From positions 13,459-77,458 of IMG/VR virus record IMGVR_UViG_2922715855_000002: 64,000 nucleotides of DNA. One strand, 5' to 3'. Within the stretch, counting starts at the first letter, position 1, and every line of letters begins with the position of its first letter. The position numbers were made by a program, and so were the translations under genes. Shown here in pieces: positions 28,472-38,039 of the stretch. This DNA is from a virus (Duplodnaviria > Caudoviricetes). The notes under the pieces were generated by a model that was not told the origin of the DNA, did not search any database, and saw nothing but the letters and a program-made list of their open reading frames with translations.

Positions 28472-28853
28472 TTGCGTCATAATTTATGACGTGCTATGAT
28501 TGGGGTGTCAAAAATATTGTCGTAAATTCGCGATATGTCAAAAATAGTGGAGGTGACTACATGATAAGAAAAACATTCTCACAACAAAGAGAATTAAAAG
28601 GAGTTTCAACAACTAAAATGGCTGCCGACCTTGGAATTACTGAAAGTCATCTGAGAGGAATTGAACGTGGTCGAAACAATCCAACATTAAAATTAGCCTT
28701 TCAAATCTCAAAATATCTAGGTTCATCACTTGAAGAATTATTCGGAGATGCAAGTTGATGTTTATTTATGCTGTCCTTATCACTAAAGAGAGTATAACAC
28801 GTCAAAAATTATGACGCAATATTTTTTATGTGAATTATGTCAAAAATTATGAC
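28472..28853. promoter_or_regulatory. Lysis-lysogeny switch: promoter and repeated 15-bp operators
   Basis: TTGCGT-17-TATGAT; GTCA(A/T)AA(A/T)TTATGAC at 28476, 28801, 28839; degenerate copies at 28507, 28537. Confidence 0.75.
28561..28758 (+). CDS. Cro-like XRE regulator
   Basis: GGAGGTGA RBS before ATG 28561; IERGRNNPTLKLA motif. Confidence 0.85.
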   Translation: MIRKTFSQQRELKGVSTTKMAADLGITESHLRGIERGRNNPTLKLAFQISKYLGSSLEELFGDAS

Positions 28854-28896
28854 ATTTATTGTTTTTAATTCAAAAATAATGGCAAGGAGTGATTTC

Positions 28897-29208
28897 ATGA
28901 CAACATTAGATTTTATCGGTGAGGTGAAAGAATGCCTGATATCGGAAATAAAACCATGGATAGAGTCACAAGTAAATGAAATGTATAAAAATCGAATCGC
29001 AAAAGCGACATTGACCGTCGAAGAGGCGGCGGAGTACATCGGGGTTTCTGTTTCCATGCTTTACATTATGGCGAGAGAAAAACAAATTGCTTATATACCT
29101 GTTGGGGCGATGAGTTCATTAAAACCTAAAATGAAATTCAGATTATCTACATTGGATAAATGGATGGAGGAACAAGAACGTAAGAGTATGAAAGGAGCAG
29201 GTGCATGA
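28897..29208 (+). CDS. Excisionase-like HTH_17 protein
   Basis: TLTVEEAAEYIGVSVSMLY...LDKWM. Confidence 0.8.
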   Translation: MTTLDFIGEVKECLISEIKPWIESQVNEMYKNRIAKATLTVEEAAEYIGVSVSMLYIMAREKQIAYIPVGAMSSLKPKMKFRLSTLDKWMEEQERKSMKGAGA

Positions 29209-30068
29209 ATCAATCTCAAATATCAAAATCAAATAATCTTAATGAGATTACCGCTGAGATAAACATATACAAGCAGCAAGCCGGACAAGCGGTATTCGAA
29301 ATAGGACGGCGACTAAAATTCGTAAAGGAAAATGATCTGACACATGGTCAATGGATTCCCTGGATAGAGTCGATGGAAATAGATCGAAGCACAGCAACAC
29401 GTTTAATTCAAGCTTTCGAACAATTTGGAAACGATGCGACATCGCACCATTTGCCAACCGGGAAGATATTCGAAATGTTATCACTTCCAGAATCGGTTGA
29501 TCGACACGAATTCATACAAAAGAGTCATTCAGTGCCATCCACAGGCGATGAAAAGACAGTGAATGAAATGAGCGTTCGTGAGTTAAGGGAGGTGAAACAA
29601 AAGTTAAAGGAAGCAGAGCAACGAGAAAAACAGGTTAAGCAAGAAGCAGAGAAAGCGAAGAAGAACGCACAACATTTTGAAGCACTGTGGACTTGCGAAA
29701 AGGATAAACCGCCGCAGTTGATTGTTCAAGAGCCGAACGATTACACGGAACTAAAGTCCACCGCTCAGGAGCTAAATAATAGGGTCGTTCAATTAGAGCG
29801 AGAAAAACGACAAATCGAGTCCAGTTATCAGGAAAAGGTTACTCAAAAAGATCAGTCGGAACATGCTCTTCGCGAGCTAAAAAAGTCATTTAAAAATATC
29901 ATCACATTCGTTACTACGGAACAGATGAATGCGATTTTTAACTATTCCATGGTGGAAGGTCATGTCGAAGCACATAAGGCGGTCGAACAGTTTTTACACC
30001 AATTTGATGAGCAGATAAAAGGGGTATTCGATCATTGGAATGGGCATACGAAAATTATTGATATTTAG
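29205..30068 (+). CDS. DUF3102-like protein with coiled coil
   Basis: EINIYKQQAGQAVFEIGRRL...HGQWIPW motif. Confidence 0.75.
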   Translation: MNQSQISKSNNLNEITAEINIYKQQAGQAVFEIGRRLKFVKENDLTHGQWIPWIESMEIDRSTATRLIQAFEQFGNDATSHHLPTGKIFEMLSLPESVDRHEFIQKSHSVPSTGDEKTVNEMSVRELREVKQKLKEAEQREKQVKQEAEKAKKNAQHFEALWTCEKDKPPQLIVQEPNDYTELKSTAQELNNRVVQLEREKRQIESSYQEKVTQKDQSEHALRELKKSFKNIITFVTTEQMNAIFNYSMVEGHVEAHKAVEQFLHQFDEQIKGVFDHWNGHTKIIDI

Positions 30069-30079
30069 GAGGGATTAAA

Positions 30080-30490
30080 TTGAGCACAGCACTACAAGTT
30101 CCAGAATGGAATCAAGAAGAGCAAATCGAACGTCTTATTGCGATTAGTACGAATTTTGCACATGGGGCGGGCAAGCAAGATAAACGGATCGGTAGCCTAG
30201 AACAGCGAATGAACAGTGTTGAGAGCAAAATGACTTGTGACAGTCGGCATCAGAATAACATTAATGATTTCGCAAAACGCAGTATTTCGAAGGTGTTAGG
30301 ATCAGCAGCACACCCGGATTATCGGAAAACAATCTCCGCATTATGGGCTGATTATAGACGAATTTTCGGGATTAATTCTTACCGCGACACACTAGTTGCT
30401 GATTATGATCGTGCGATAGATTGGATTCGTCTTTGGAGACCAGTAACAAAACGGGAGGGTGAATGCAATGGAAGCAACGCAATTGATTGA
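30080..30490 (+). CDS. ORF6C-domain (antirepressor-associated) protein
   Basis: FGINSYRDTLVADYDRAIDWIRLWRP. Confidence 0.7.
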   Translation: MSTALQVPEWNQEEQIERLIAISTNFAHGAGKQDKRIGSLEQRMNSVESKMTCDSRHQNNINDFAKRSISKVLGSAAHPDYRKTISALWADYRRIFGINSYRDTLVADYDRAIDWIRLWRPVTKREGECNGSNAID

Positions 30491-30947
30491 TGTTGATATC
30501 GAAGAGTCAGTAATAGGTATCGGAGGATTTGAATGGAAAAGTCGAGTTTCATGTGTTGAGAAAATGGCATCTGTATGCATAGAAAGAAAGGTGAAATTCG
30601 ATGAAGTACTTGGGGCTATCAACTTCACGAGTTATTGTTCTAATCCGTTGAAGATGACCAAGAAGCAACTATCAATGCTTAAGCGTGATGTTAACAAACG
30701 TGTAAAGGATTTGCAGCATGAAAAAATGGTTCCAGAAGTGGGTGATCAGGTTCGAGTACCAAAGTTAGTTAAGAACCAATTATTAGGCGGTTACGTGCAG
30801 GATGGTAGAAATTTAGTGGAAGCGATTGTGATAAGTCAAAGGAAAATGACCTCGGGTTATCACTACAAGGTTAAGAGGGTGGCAGACGGAGAAATCCAAG
30901 AAGGCAACGGGCATATGATCAAAGAGATTCTAACTAAGCGTGAGTAA
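30459..30947 (+). CDS. Hypothetical early protein
   Basis: In operon. Confidence 0.6.
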   Translation: MNAMEATQLIDVDIEESVIGIGGFEWKSRVSCVEKMASVCIERKVKFDEVLGAINFTSYCSNPLKMTKKQLSMLKRDVNKRVKDLQHEKMVPEVGDQVRVPKLVKNQLLGGYVQDGRNLVEAIVISQRKMTSGYHYKVKRVADGEIQEGNGHMIKEILTKRE

Positions 30948-30967
30948 TGAGGAAGGGGACAAAGAAT

Positions 30968-31099
30968 ATGGGTAAATATAAATGTGGTAAGCGCGTGGGA
31001 AACCGCTTGTGTGTATTATGTGGCGAAGTTTGGATCGATCTATTAACACTAGCAGAGATAGAAAGGATCTGCATTGATGCATGGGGATTGAAATCATGA
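30968..31099 (+). CDS. 43-aa Cys-containing hypothetical protein
   Basis: GAGGAAGGGG RBS; read by hand, MGKYKCGKRVGNRLCVLC... Confidence 0.45.
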   Translation: MGKYKCGKRVGNRLCVLCGEVWIDLLTLAEIERICIDAWGLKS

Positions 31100-31222
31100 T
31101 TAAAGAAAAGAGATAGGTACGTCGGCAAACGTAACTATCTCACAAGTTAATTACAAATAAAATCAAAGATAGTTTAACACTTATTATCAATTTCGCGCAA
31201 CCCCAAGTTAAGGAGGGGGGAT

Positions 31223-32170
31223 ATGGCAAGCCCGCAGTTAGGAAATGGCTTTGTGAGCATCGCAAATGAATTATGGGATGAAATAATAAGTCGTGACTTC
31301 TCAAAGCGTCAAAAAGAGATTCTATTGCTAATATTGCGATTATCTTATGGATGCAGGAAGAAACATGCACACATACCCAAATTGAAATATTTTTCATTAT
31401 GCGGTGTCGGTCCCACTCATATTTCAAAAGAGTTGAAACTCTTACAAACATACAAGGTGATTACTTGGGAGCGTGAAAATATGAACTTTGCTCTCAATAA
31501 AGATTATGATGTTTGGCAAGTTGCTGCTGTGAAGGATTGGAATCCAGTTGATTTCAACGAGTTACTTCACCTCAACTTAACAGAAAAAAACTTACCAAAA
31601 CGGGAAGTTACCAAAACGGGAAGTTACCAAAAAGGTAACAAGAAACTTACCAAAAAGGTAAGTATAAAGTTACCAAAACGGGAAGTTCGACATGTCCCAA
31701 TGCCTTGGCGCTCTAAGGTGGACCGGATGTCTAAAGACAGTATTAAAGACAGTATTAAAGACAATTGTTGTTGTTTAGGAGAAAACAATCAATTTAATGA
31801 TCTGCAAAAGTATCGTAAGGAAGTAGAAACCAAGTACATCCAACGAAGAGGTGTAGGTTTAGAACTAACCATTTCTGATGAAAGCATGATAGAAGAATTT
31901 TTCACAGAAAAGGTGCCCTTACAAATCGTCTTGGATGGAATCGATAAAGCCTTTAATAATTACAAACCAAGGAATTCACGGGACAAGATAAACAGTTTGA
32001 AATATTGTTCTCAAATCGTGTTTAGCCTTCAAGCTCAACAAAAAGATGCTCCTGTTAATGAGTCGGATTTCATAGAAGAGATTGCAGCATCTACAGAAGA
32101 ACAGCAAAGCGACGAAGAGGTGCTTAGATTGCTTGAAGAGCTTAAAGCAAAGAGGGGTGGAAGTGAGTGA
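31223..32170 (+). CDS. Replication initiator (lambda O-like N-terminus)
   Basis: MASPQLGNGFVSIANEL...IIS..FSKRQ..LRLSYG; internal iterons. Confidence 0.85.
   Translation: MASPQLGNGFVSIANELWDEIISRDFSKRQKEILLLILRLSYGCRKKHAHIPKLKYFSLCGVGPTHISKELKLLQTYKVITWERENMNFALNKDYDVWQVAAVKDWNPVDFNELLHLNLTEKNLPKREVTKTGSYQKGNKKLTKKVSIKLPKREVRHVPMPWRSKVDRMSKDSIKDSIKDNCCCLGENNQFNDLQKYRKEVETKYIQRRGVGLELTISDESMIEEFFTEKVPLQIVLDGIDKAFNNYKPRNSRDKINSLKYCSQIVFSLQAQQKDAPVNESDFIEEIAASTEEQQSDEEVLRLLEELKAKRGGSE
31591..31687. repeat. Replication origin iterons
   Basis: TTACCAAAA at 31592, 31608, 31624, 31647, 31670 inside the initiator gene. Confidence 0.8.
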
Positions 32171-33075
32171 TCGAAGAGATCGTAAAGTACATGCCTAACG
32201 ACTATTCAAAACGGCTTAAAGGCATGCGGGAGGCGTTGAACAATCATCTAGATGTAATTGCCTTGAAAGATTCATATCCAGATAGAAAGGCAAAGGAGAA
32301 TGATTTATTTCATTACGCTCAATCTTGTACGCGATGCAATTCATGTCCGGGCTTAGAAGATTGTCAAAATGAAATGCCAGGGCATCGATTGGTTCCAGTC
32401 CCAGATCAACTAAAACCGGATCAACTAAATTTTGCATTGCGTCCCTGTAAGCTTCAGGAGGCGAAATTGAAACAGCAGCATATTCAGAAATTGATTAAGT
32501 GTCATAACGTGAAAGATTATATCAAAAATTCTGTATTTGATGATTTGGATATTGATTCACAACGAAGATCGGCAATCGTCGAGTGTATTCGGTTCTGTAA
32601 TGACTTTAAACCCAACGAAACCAAGAAAGGTCTTTATTTGTACGGTTCCTATGGGGTCGGAAAAAGTCGTATAGCCGGAGCGATTGCTAATGAATTAGCG
32701 AAGCAAGGCGTAGACGTCGCACTTGTCTACGTGCCGGACTTCTTGGAAGAAATAAAGGATTCGATTAAAGATAATGCAGTACAACAGAAGGTGGACGCTC
32801 TAAAAAATGTCACTGTTTTAATATTTGATGATATCGGAGCAGAACCAAACTCTAATTGGACTCGTGACGGAATTATCAGCTCTATCCTAAACGATCGGAT
32901 GGAGAAGTTCACAACGATCTATACATCTAATTTAACTCTGAACGAACTTAAGAGTCATTTCGCTAAAACTGCAAAGGAAGGGATTGATCCTAAAAAGGCG
33001 GAACGACTCCTTGAACGTATCGAACCGTTTGTGAAGGTTGTGCCTGTTATCGGACGTAATCGGCGAAGAGATTGA
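32167..33075 (+). CDS. dnaI: DnaI/DnaC-like helicase loader
   Basis: Zn site (CxxCxxC), Walker A GSYGVGKS, Walker B LIFDDIGAE. Confidence 0.9.
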   Translation: MIEEIVKYMPNDYSKRLKGMREALNNHLDVIALKDSYPDRKAKENDLFHYAQSCTRCNSCPGLEDCQNEMPGHRLVPVPDQLKPDQLNFALRPCKLQEAKLKQQHIQKLIKCHNVKDYIKNSVFDDLDIDSQRRSAIVECIRFCNDFKPNETKKGLYLYGSYGVGKSRIAGAIANELAKQGVDVALVYVPDFLEEIKDSIKDNAVQQKVDALKNVTVLIFDDIGAEPNSNWTRDGIISSILNDRMEKFTTIYTSNLTLNELKSHFAKTAKEGIDPKKAERLLERIEPFVKVVPVIGRNRRRD

Positions 33076-33265
33076 TTCAATCCTGGGGGGATGACGTACA
33101 TGTGCATGATTTGCAAAGGATCAAAGGTTGATGTTGCATTTAGCAGTTCGATGATGATGGTTGGACCGTGCAAATTTTGTCAAGAGGATGACGATCATCC
33201 GGGAGCTAGAATGGATGGGCCTGGGTGGAATGTCAGTGATTGCGAATCACTTTGGAGGGGTATGG

Positions 33266-34357
33266 ATGCAAATAAAAGTATCGCGACTGTCTCTCATAAA
33301 TAATCTTAAGAATCTGAATCTAACTAATAAATTATTGCTCTTAGAGGCGACGGAAAAAAGCCTAGAAATCACAATATCAAATGAGTTCACGGTCACTCGT
33401 ACATTCATAGTTGAGAATATCGAAATAGTTGCCATTGGGTCGCTTATTATGCAAGCTAATCTATTCTTTGAAATCATTGATAAATTGCGTACGGATGAAA
33501 TAAGTATCGCATGCACAGGCAATAAGGCAAAAATCAAAAGTGGACAAACTCAAATGGATGTTTCGGTCCTGGATGCCATCGCAAAAAGAACAGTGGAGAA
33601 GCCAGAAAATTGGCTCTTCACACTGGATGGGCAGGTATTGAAAAGTTTCATTAAGTGCGTAATGCATGCGGTAGACAAGAAGGATAGTACGAACGTGGCT
33701 CTAACAGGCGTCAGATTAAAACTAGAAAGTGATTGCTTAAGCGTAACGGGCTGCAATGGGTCACAGTTGGCTCATTTGAGAACAGAGATTCAAGATAGTC
33801 CCGAGTTCGAAATCGTTATATCAGAAGAGCATGCGAAGCTATTGCAAGGATTCATTCACGATGGCGATGCACTACGGTTTGCCATCAAGGGTAATGATGC
33901 CGTCTTTGCAACTGATACGCATACATTTTATTTGCGACTTTTAGATGCGAAGTTTCCGCCAGTTGATTCACTCCTGGATAAAGAAGTCATCGCTTCGGCA
34001 ATCGTGAATGTGGATGACCTGGTTAAATCTATAGATATTTCAACCATTGCAGCGCATAGGGCGAAAGGCGGGATCGTTGAAATATTAGTTAAATTGGCGG
34101 ATAACACTCTATCAATTATGTCGAAGAGCCAGCTTGGTAGAAGTGTTGATATTGTTCCATTAAGTAATTGTGAAGGCGCTAATGTTTCAGTGGTGTGTGA
34201 CGCTAGATTCTTAAGGAGTGCGGTCAAATCCGCTGATAGAGAATCGGTAAAAATCGGCTTTGTAGGGCATGAGGCGCCAATAATTATTGATTCGCAAAAG
34301 TTCGGAAAGTTTTTGATACAAGCCAGAAGAAAGGGGCGCGAATGGGATGGAGAATGA
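33266..34357 (+). CDS. dnaN: DNA polymerase III beta-clamp homologue
   Basis: 363 aa from GGAGGGG RBS; ALTGV, GCNGSQLA (ATDxxRLA equivalent), RLLDAKFP, PIII motifs. Confidence 0.75.
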   Translation: MQIKVSRLSLINNLKNLNLTNKLLLLEATEKSLEITISNEFTVTRTFIVENIEIVAIGSLIMQANLFFEIIDKLRTDEISIACTGNKAKIKSGQTQMDVSVLDAIAKRTVEKPENWLFTLDGQVLKSFIKCVMHAVDKKDSTNVALTGVRLKLESDCLSVTGCNGSQLAHLRTEIQDSPEFEIVISEEHAKLLQGFIHDGDALRFAIKGNDAVFATDTHTFYLRLLDAKFPPVDSLLDKEVIASAIVNVDDLVKSIDISTIAAHRAKGGIVEILVKLADNTLSIMSKSQLGRSVDIVPLSNCEGANVSVVCDARFLRSAVKSADRESVKIGFVGHEAPIIIDSQKFGKFLIQARRKGREWDGE

Positions 34358-34426
34358 AAAGCAAATTGAAATGGTTATCGTAGATGATGTTTTGATCATT
34401 GAGGAAACGGATGGTCAGGGGGCTGT

Positions 34427-34702
34427 ATGAATCCTCTTGTCAACAGTAAAGCGATGTTACTTATTCATAGAGCGCTTACTCCTATTATTCATTCCGGGAA
34501 AAAGATAGACCGAATCCATATGCATGTATCTCAAAATTCAGAATTATCTTCAATCAGTTATATAGAAACTCAATTTGGTGATTTGGAAATCATAGTGAAT
34601 CCCCACATACACAAAGGATTTTGTTATTTGATTGAAAGCCCAATCAGTCGGGGTGGCATAGGATTTAACTGGGTATCCAAACCGAAAAAAATGGAGGTTT
34701 AG
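34427..34702 (+). CDS. Hypothetical protein
   Basis: RBS; in operon. Confidence 0.6.
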   Translation: MNPLVNSKAMLLIHRALTPIIHSGKKIDRIHMHVSQNSELSSISYIETQFGDLEIIVNPHIHKGFCYLIESPISRGGIGFNWVSKPKKMEV

Positions 34703-34705
34703 AGC

Positions 34706-34959
34706 ATGGTACAGGGGATGAGGCATGAACTCAAAATATTGCCCGAATACTTTATAGATGTAATCAGTGGAGTGAAAAAATTCGAAGTAAGAAAGAATGA
34801 TCGGAATTATCAGCTAGGTGATGTTGTTGTACTTAAGAGTTTGATCCAACAACGCAGCAGTTTACAGGTGATAGTGTAATCAAATGCGTGTCCTATATAT
34901 TAAATGATCGGGATTATGTAAAAGAGGGTTATGTCATTTTAGGAATGGAGGATTACTAG
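34706..34959 (+). pseudogene. DUF3850/ASCH-like gene with a 1-nt frameshift near 34835
   Basis: HELKILPEYF..KKFEVRKNDRNYQLGD, then the family C-terminus (KEGYVILG) in another frame. Confidence 0.75.
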
Positions 34960-34961
34960 GT

Positions 34962-35339
34962 ATGAATATATGGTTAAAAGAATTCAAAGCAGAAAAGATA
35001 CGGGCGGATTCCGCGGAGTGTCGCGAGTCTCAATTAAAGCAAGCATTAGAATCTGTGATCCATCAATGCAGTGGTTCGCCAGCTTATACAGATGGAGCTT
35101 ATGCGTGCTATTATGCGAACCGAACGTTATTGAATGTGTACGGTGAAGTTTCTCGGTCAAATAACGGTATTGGACAAGTCGATAAGATGCTACATGATAT
35201 TAGACGAATAGCCAAAGATGCAGATATGGATGTGATCGTCACAATCATAGATCAAGATTTAGGTTATCAGATGGGCTATCATCGAATCGATTTGCCATGC
35301 GTCGGGCAGTTACCTAAATTTAAAGGGGTGACAGGGTAA
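34962..35339 (+). CDS. Hypothetical protein
   Basis: In operon. Confidence 0.55.
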   Translation: MNIWLKEFKAEKIRADSAECRESQLKQALESVIHQCSGSPAYTDGAYACYYANRTLLNVYGEVSRSNNGIGQVDKMLHDIRRIAKDADMDVIVTIIDQDLGYQMGYHRIDLPCVGQLPKFKGVTG

Positions 35340-35773
35340 TGGGACAAATGAACATGTTCGTGTTCGATGAAAAAGAGACATGGCGCCGCGTAGAAGAAAG
35401 ACTTGAATCAGCTAGGATATACAAAAAGTTCGGATTCATTCGGCGTGAAATCAAAAGCACGCCTTCATATGCTAACAGAGAACATGGGAACACAAATGCG
35501 ATATCAAAACCAGTTCAAGATATCGCAATATGGAACGTTGACCGGGAAGAAGAAATGTATAAAGAATATGAGGAAGTTATGCGTGCGGTCTCCCGATTAT
35601 CAAAGCTTCAACGGCAAATCATCGAAAAGAGATACCTGGAAGATGAATATGTCTTTGATATTAATGTGTATGTGGAGCTTGAAAAATCTGAACGTTCGTA
35701 TTATTACGCCAAATCAAAAGCAATGTATCGATTAGCGTTCGCCCTTCGTCTTGAAATGTATTGCGAGAATTAA
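35339..35773 (+). CDS. arpU: ArpU/RinA-family late transcription activator
   Basis: RLSKLQRQIIEKRYL...SERSYYYAKSKAMYRLAFAL. Confidence 0.85.
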   Translation: MGQMNMFVFDEKETWRRVEERLESARIYKKFGFIRREIKSTPSYANREHGNTNAISKPVQDIAIWNVDREEEMYKEYEEVMRAVSRLSKLQRQIIEKRYLEDEYVFDINVYVELEKSERSYYYAKSKAMYRLAFALRLEMYCEN

Positions 35774-35781
35774 AAAAACCG

Positions 35782-35847
35782 TTGCAGACATTTTGCAGTT
35801 ATTTTGCAGAGTTCTTGCAGTTCATTAGGTTCTACAGGTGATATTCT
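35782..35847 (+). promoter_or_regulatory. Four phased TTGCAG repeats plus extended -10 (putative ArpU-activated promoter)
   Basis: TTGCAG at 35782, 35793, 35804, 35815 (11-bp period); TGaTATTCT at 35839-35847. Confidence 0.65.
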
Positions 35848-35853
35848 TATAGC

Positions 35854-36004
35854 ATAGAGAATTGAAAAGAACACCCGACACAACAATGTACTCATGTGAA
35901 GGCTACGAGCTGTAAGAGTAGGACAAGCGGGGGAAAGTTGTTTGATTCTCTATCACACTGGTTTCTCTCCTTTCACCATAGCCGCTCCTTCGGGGGCGGC
36001 ATTT
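35854..36004 (+). ncRNA. Candidate ~150-nt structured RNA
   Basis: ATAGAGAAT/ATTCTCTAT long-range stem, nested stems, C(UUCG)G hairpin, no ORF. Confidence 0.4.
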
Positions 36005-36091
36005 TAATTAGAAATGAGAAAACAATTACCATTCATTAGGTCGCTGATTATTCAGCGGCTTTTTTATTTTGCATTGAGGGGGTGACCGACA

Positions 36092-36634
36092 ATAGAGTTT
36101 GTTCAGCCAATCAGAGACCCGGAAATCTTAGCAGACATTAAAGATTATTTACGAGGTACGAATCAACGTAATTACATGATGTTCATGCTAGGGATCAACA
36201 CAGGTCTGCGTATCAGTGATTTGCTTAAGCTTCGGGTACGTGATGTACAAGGGACGCACATCGTTCTCAAAGAACAGAAGACAGGCAAGACAAAGCGAAT
36301 CCTCATTACGCCAGATTTGAAAAAGGAATTGAATGTTTACACGGAAGATAAGCAACCGATTGAGTATCTAGTGAAAAGCCGTGAAGGTATTAATAGACCT
36401 ATCACACGATCTATGGCTTATAAGATTCTCCGCAGCGTCGCTGATGAATTCAGACTCGAAGAAATCGGTTGCCACACTCTTAGGAAAACATTCGGATATT
36501 TTTTCTATCAGCAATATAAGGACCCGGCAATGCTCATGAAACTATTTAATCATAGTTCTGAAAAGGTCACATTACGCTATATAGGCATCGAGCAAGACAC
36601 GATGGACATGCATCTAAAACGCTTCAAAGTGTAA
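36092..36634 (+). CDS. Small catalytic-domain-only tyrosine recombinase; apparent ATA start
   Basis: NTGLRISDLL, HTLRKTFGY, FNHSSEKVTLRYIG; family N-terminus xEFVQPIRD begins at ATA 36092. Confidence 0.85.
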   Translation: MEFVQPIRDPEILADIKDYLRGTNQRNYMMFMLGINTGLRISDLLKLRVRDVQGTHIVLKEQKTGKTKRILITPDLKKELNVYTEDKQPIEYLVKSREGINRPITRSMAYKILRSVADEFRLEEIGCHTLRKTFGYFFYQQYKDPAMLMKLFNHSSEKVTLRYIGIEQDTMDMHLKRFKV

Positions 36635-36635
36635 T

Positions 36636-36752
36636 CAATTACTCATATTGAGCATAGGTGGAACTCGTTTCTGTGAGGTTGGTTAAACTCAATCAGCAAG
36701 CAGGTTTTCGGTTCCTCACTGAGTTCAACAAAATATAACATATGGATAACTC
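36636..36752. repeat. Pair of imperfect inverted ~31-bp dif-like sites
   Basis: 36636-36666 and reverse complement of 36721-36752 share TTA..CATAT...GT.GAACTC. Confidence 0.5.
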
Positions 36753-36793
36753 AAACGTTCACAAAGCGTTCGTGTTTTGAGGGAACAAATATC

Positions 36794-37441
36794 TTGAAAA
36801 GGGGAAATAAAATGAGGTCAGAAGTGGTGAAAAATAAACTTCAATACTTGAGTATATTAAGCGACTTAGCTATTCAATGCTTAAAAAAAGGAACAATACG
36901 GTATAACGGAATCGCGCATGGCGCCATGTTAGATAAAAGATTGATAGATACTTGTAATAGCATCGAGTGTGAATTGGGGATCGGTATTGATGTTGATCCA
37001 TTTGATAAATATGTCTCACAACCGCCAACGATAGAACAACGCATTCGGGCAGCTATGATAGATGAATACCCTTATCAAGTTGTTTATTACACAAGGAGAG
37101 AAGGGGCGACATCCTCCATTATTGAGATTGCGAAGGAGAACGAGTCTATTGTAGTTCTTACTAACTCGGTAATGGAAAGACAATACAAAGAAAAAGGTAT
37201 TCGCTGTATGAATTATCGAAATAGTCATCAAAGATGGTTGTATGGTAAGAAGCCTATAACGCTTATAGCCGATGTCGTACCAGATGAAGCATTGGCTCCA
37301 TGGCGAAGAGAACTTAGAGGACCAATCAATCGCATTATCGCAGTGAAAAGTATTCAAGTTGGTTTAGATGGGTCGGCATCTGTTCAAGGCATCGATCTTA
37401 AGAAAGCTAATAAGAGCTTTGGGAGTGAATGGAGATGCTAA
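36794..37441 (+). CDS. Hypothetical protein (possible degenerate P-loop)
   Basis: ORF with RBS; YYTRREGATSS segment. Confidence 0.55.
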   Translation: MKRGNKMRSEVVKNKLQYLSILSDLAIQCLKKGTIRYNGIAHGAMLDKRLIDTCNSIECELGIGIDVDPFDKYVSQPPTIEQRIRAAMIDEYPYQVVYYTRREGATSSIIEIAKENESIVVLTNSVMERQYKEKGIRCMNYRNSHQRWLYGKKPITLIADVVPDEALAPWRRELRGPINRIIAVKSIQVGLDGSASVQGIDLKKANKSFGSEWRC

Positions 37442-37638
37442 AGTGTCTTATTGGAAAGACCATAGTTTATGCAATGCGATACGTCGATCAGTCATTTGAC
37501 ACTGTGACAATTGAATGCGATGACGGTACCACATTAACCATTACATCAACTAAGTCACATATGGACAATGAAGGATTAGATGTTGAGGTTCACAAGGATG
37601 GTGAAGAGATTGCCTCCGATCGCACAGAAACCATGTAG
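37429..37638 (+). CDS. Hypothetical protein
   Basis: In operon. Confidence 0.55.
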   Translation: MEMLKCLIGKTIVYAMRYVDQSFDTVTIECDDGTTLTITSTKSHMDNEGLDVEVHKDGEEIASDRTETM

Positions 37639-37978
37639 CCACACTGGGTGTCGCATTCTAACAAGAGAGCGTTATTGTTCAGCGCATACTAAGGATAAAA
37701 ATAAGTATGACCGTTATCGTGGAACTGCATCACAGCGCGGATATAACAGCAAATGGCGCCAGGCTCGCGTATGGTACTTAGTTAAGCACCCGTTGTGTGT
37801 ATACTGTGCAATGCAAGACAAGGTAATCGCTGCAACAGTCGTCGATCATATCAAACCACACAAAGGTGACAAGTTACTATTTTGGGACCGAGATAATTGG
37901 CAAGGGCTATGTATCTCATGCCATAATTCAAAAACGGTAAGAGAGGATGGTGGGTTCGGAAATACTCAAAAATGCTAG
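37610..37978 (+). CDS. Packaging-associated HNH endonuclease
   Basis: KPCSHTGC, HPLCVYC, VVDHIKPHKGD, NWQGLCISCHNSKT. Confidence 0.9.
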   Translation: MPPIAQKPCSHTGCRILTRERYCSAHTKDKNKYDRYRGTASQRGYNSKWRQARVWYLVKHPLCVYCAMQDKVIAATVVDHIKPHKGDKLLFWDRDNWQGLCISCHNSKTVREDGGFGNTQKC

Positions 37979-38039
37979 AAAATCTTTCTAATATATAGTA
38001 TATTTTCTATAACTATATGCTATTGAGGGAGCGAATAAT

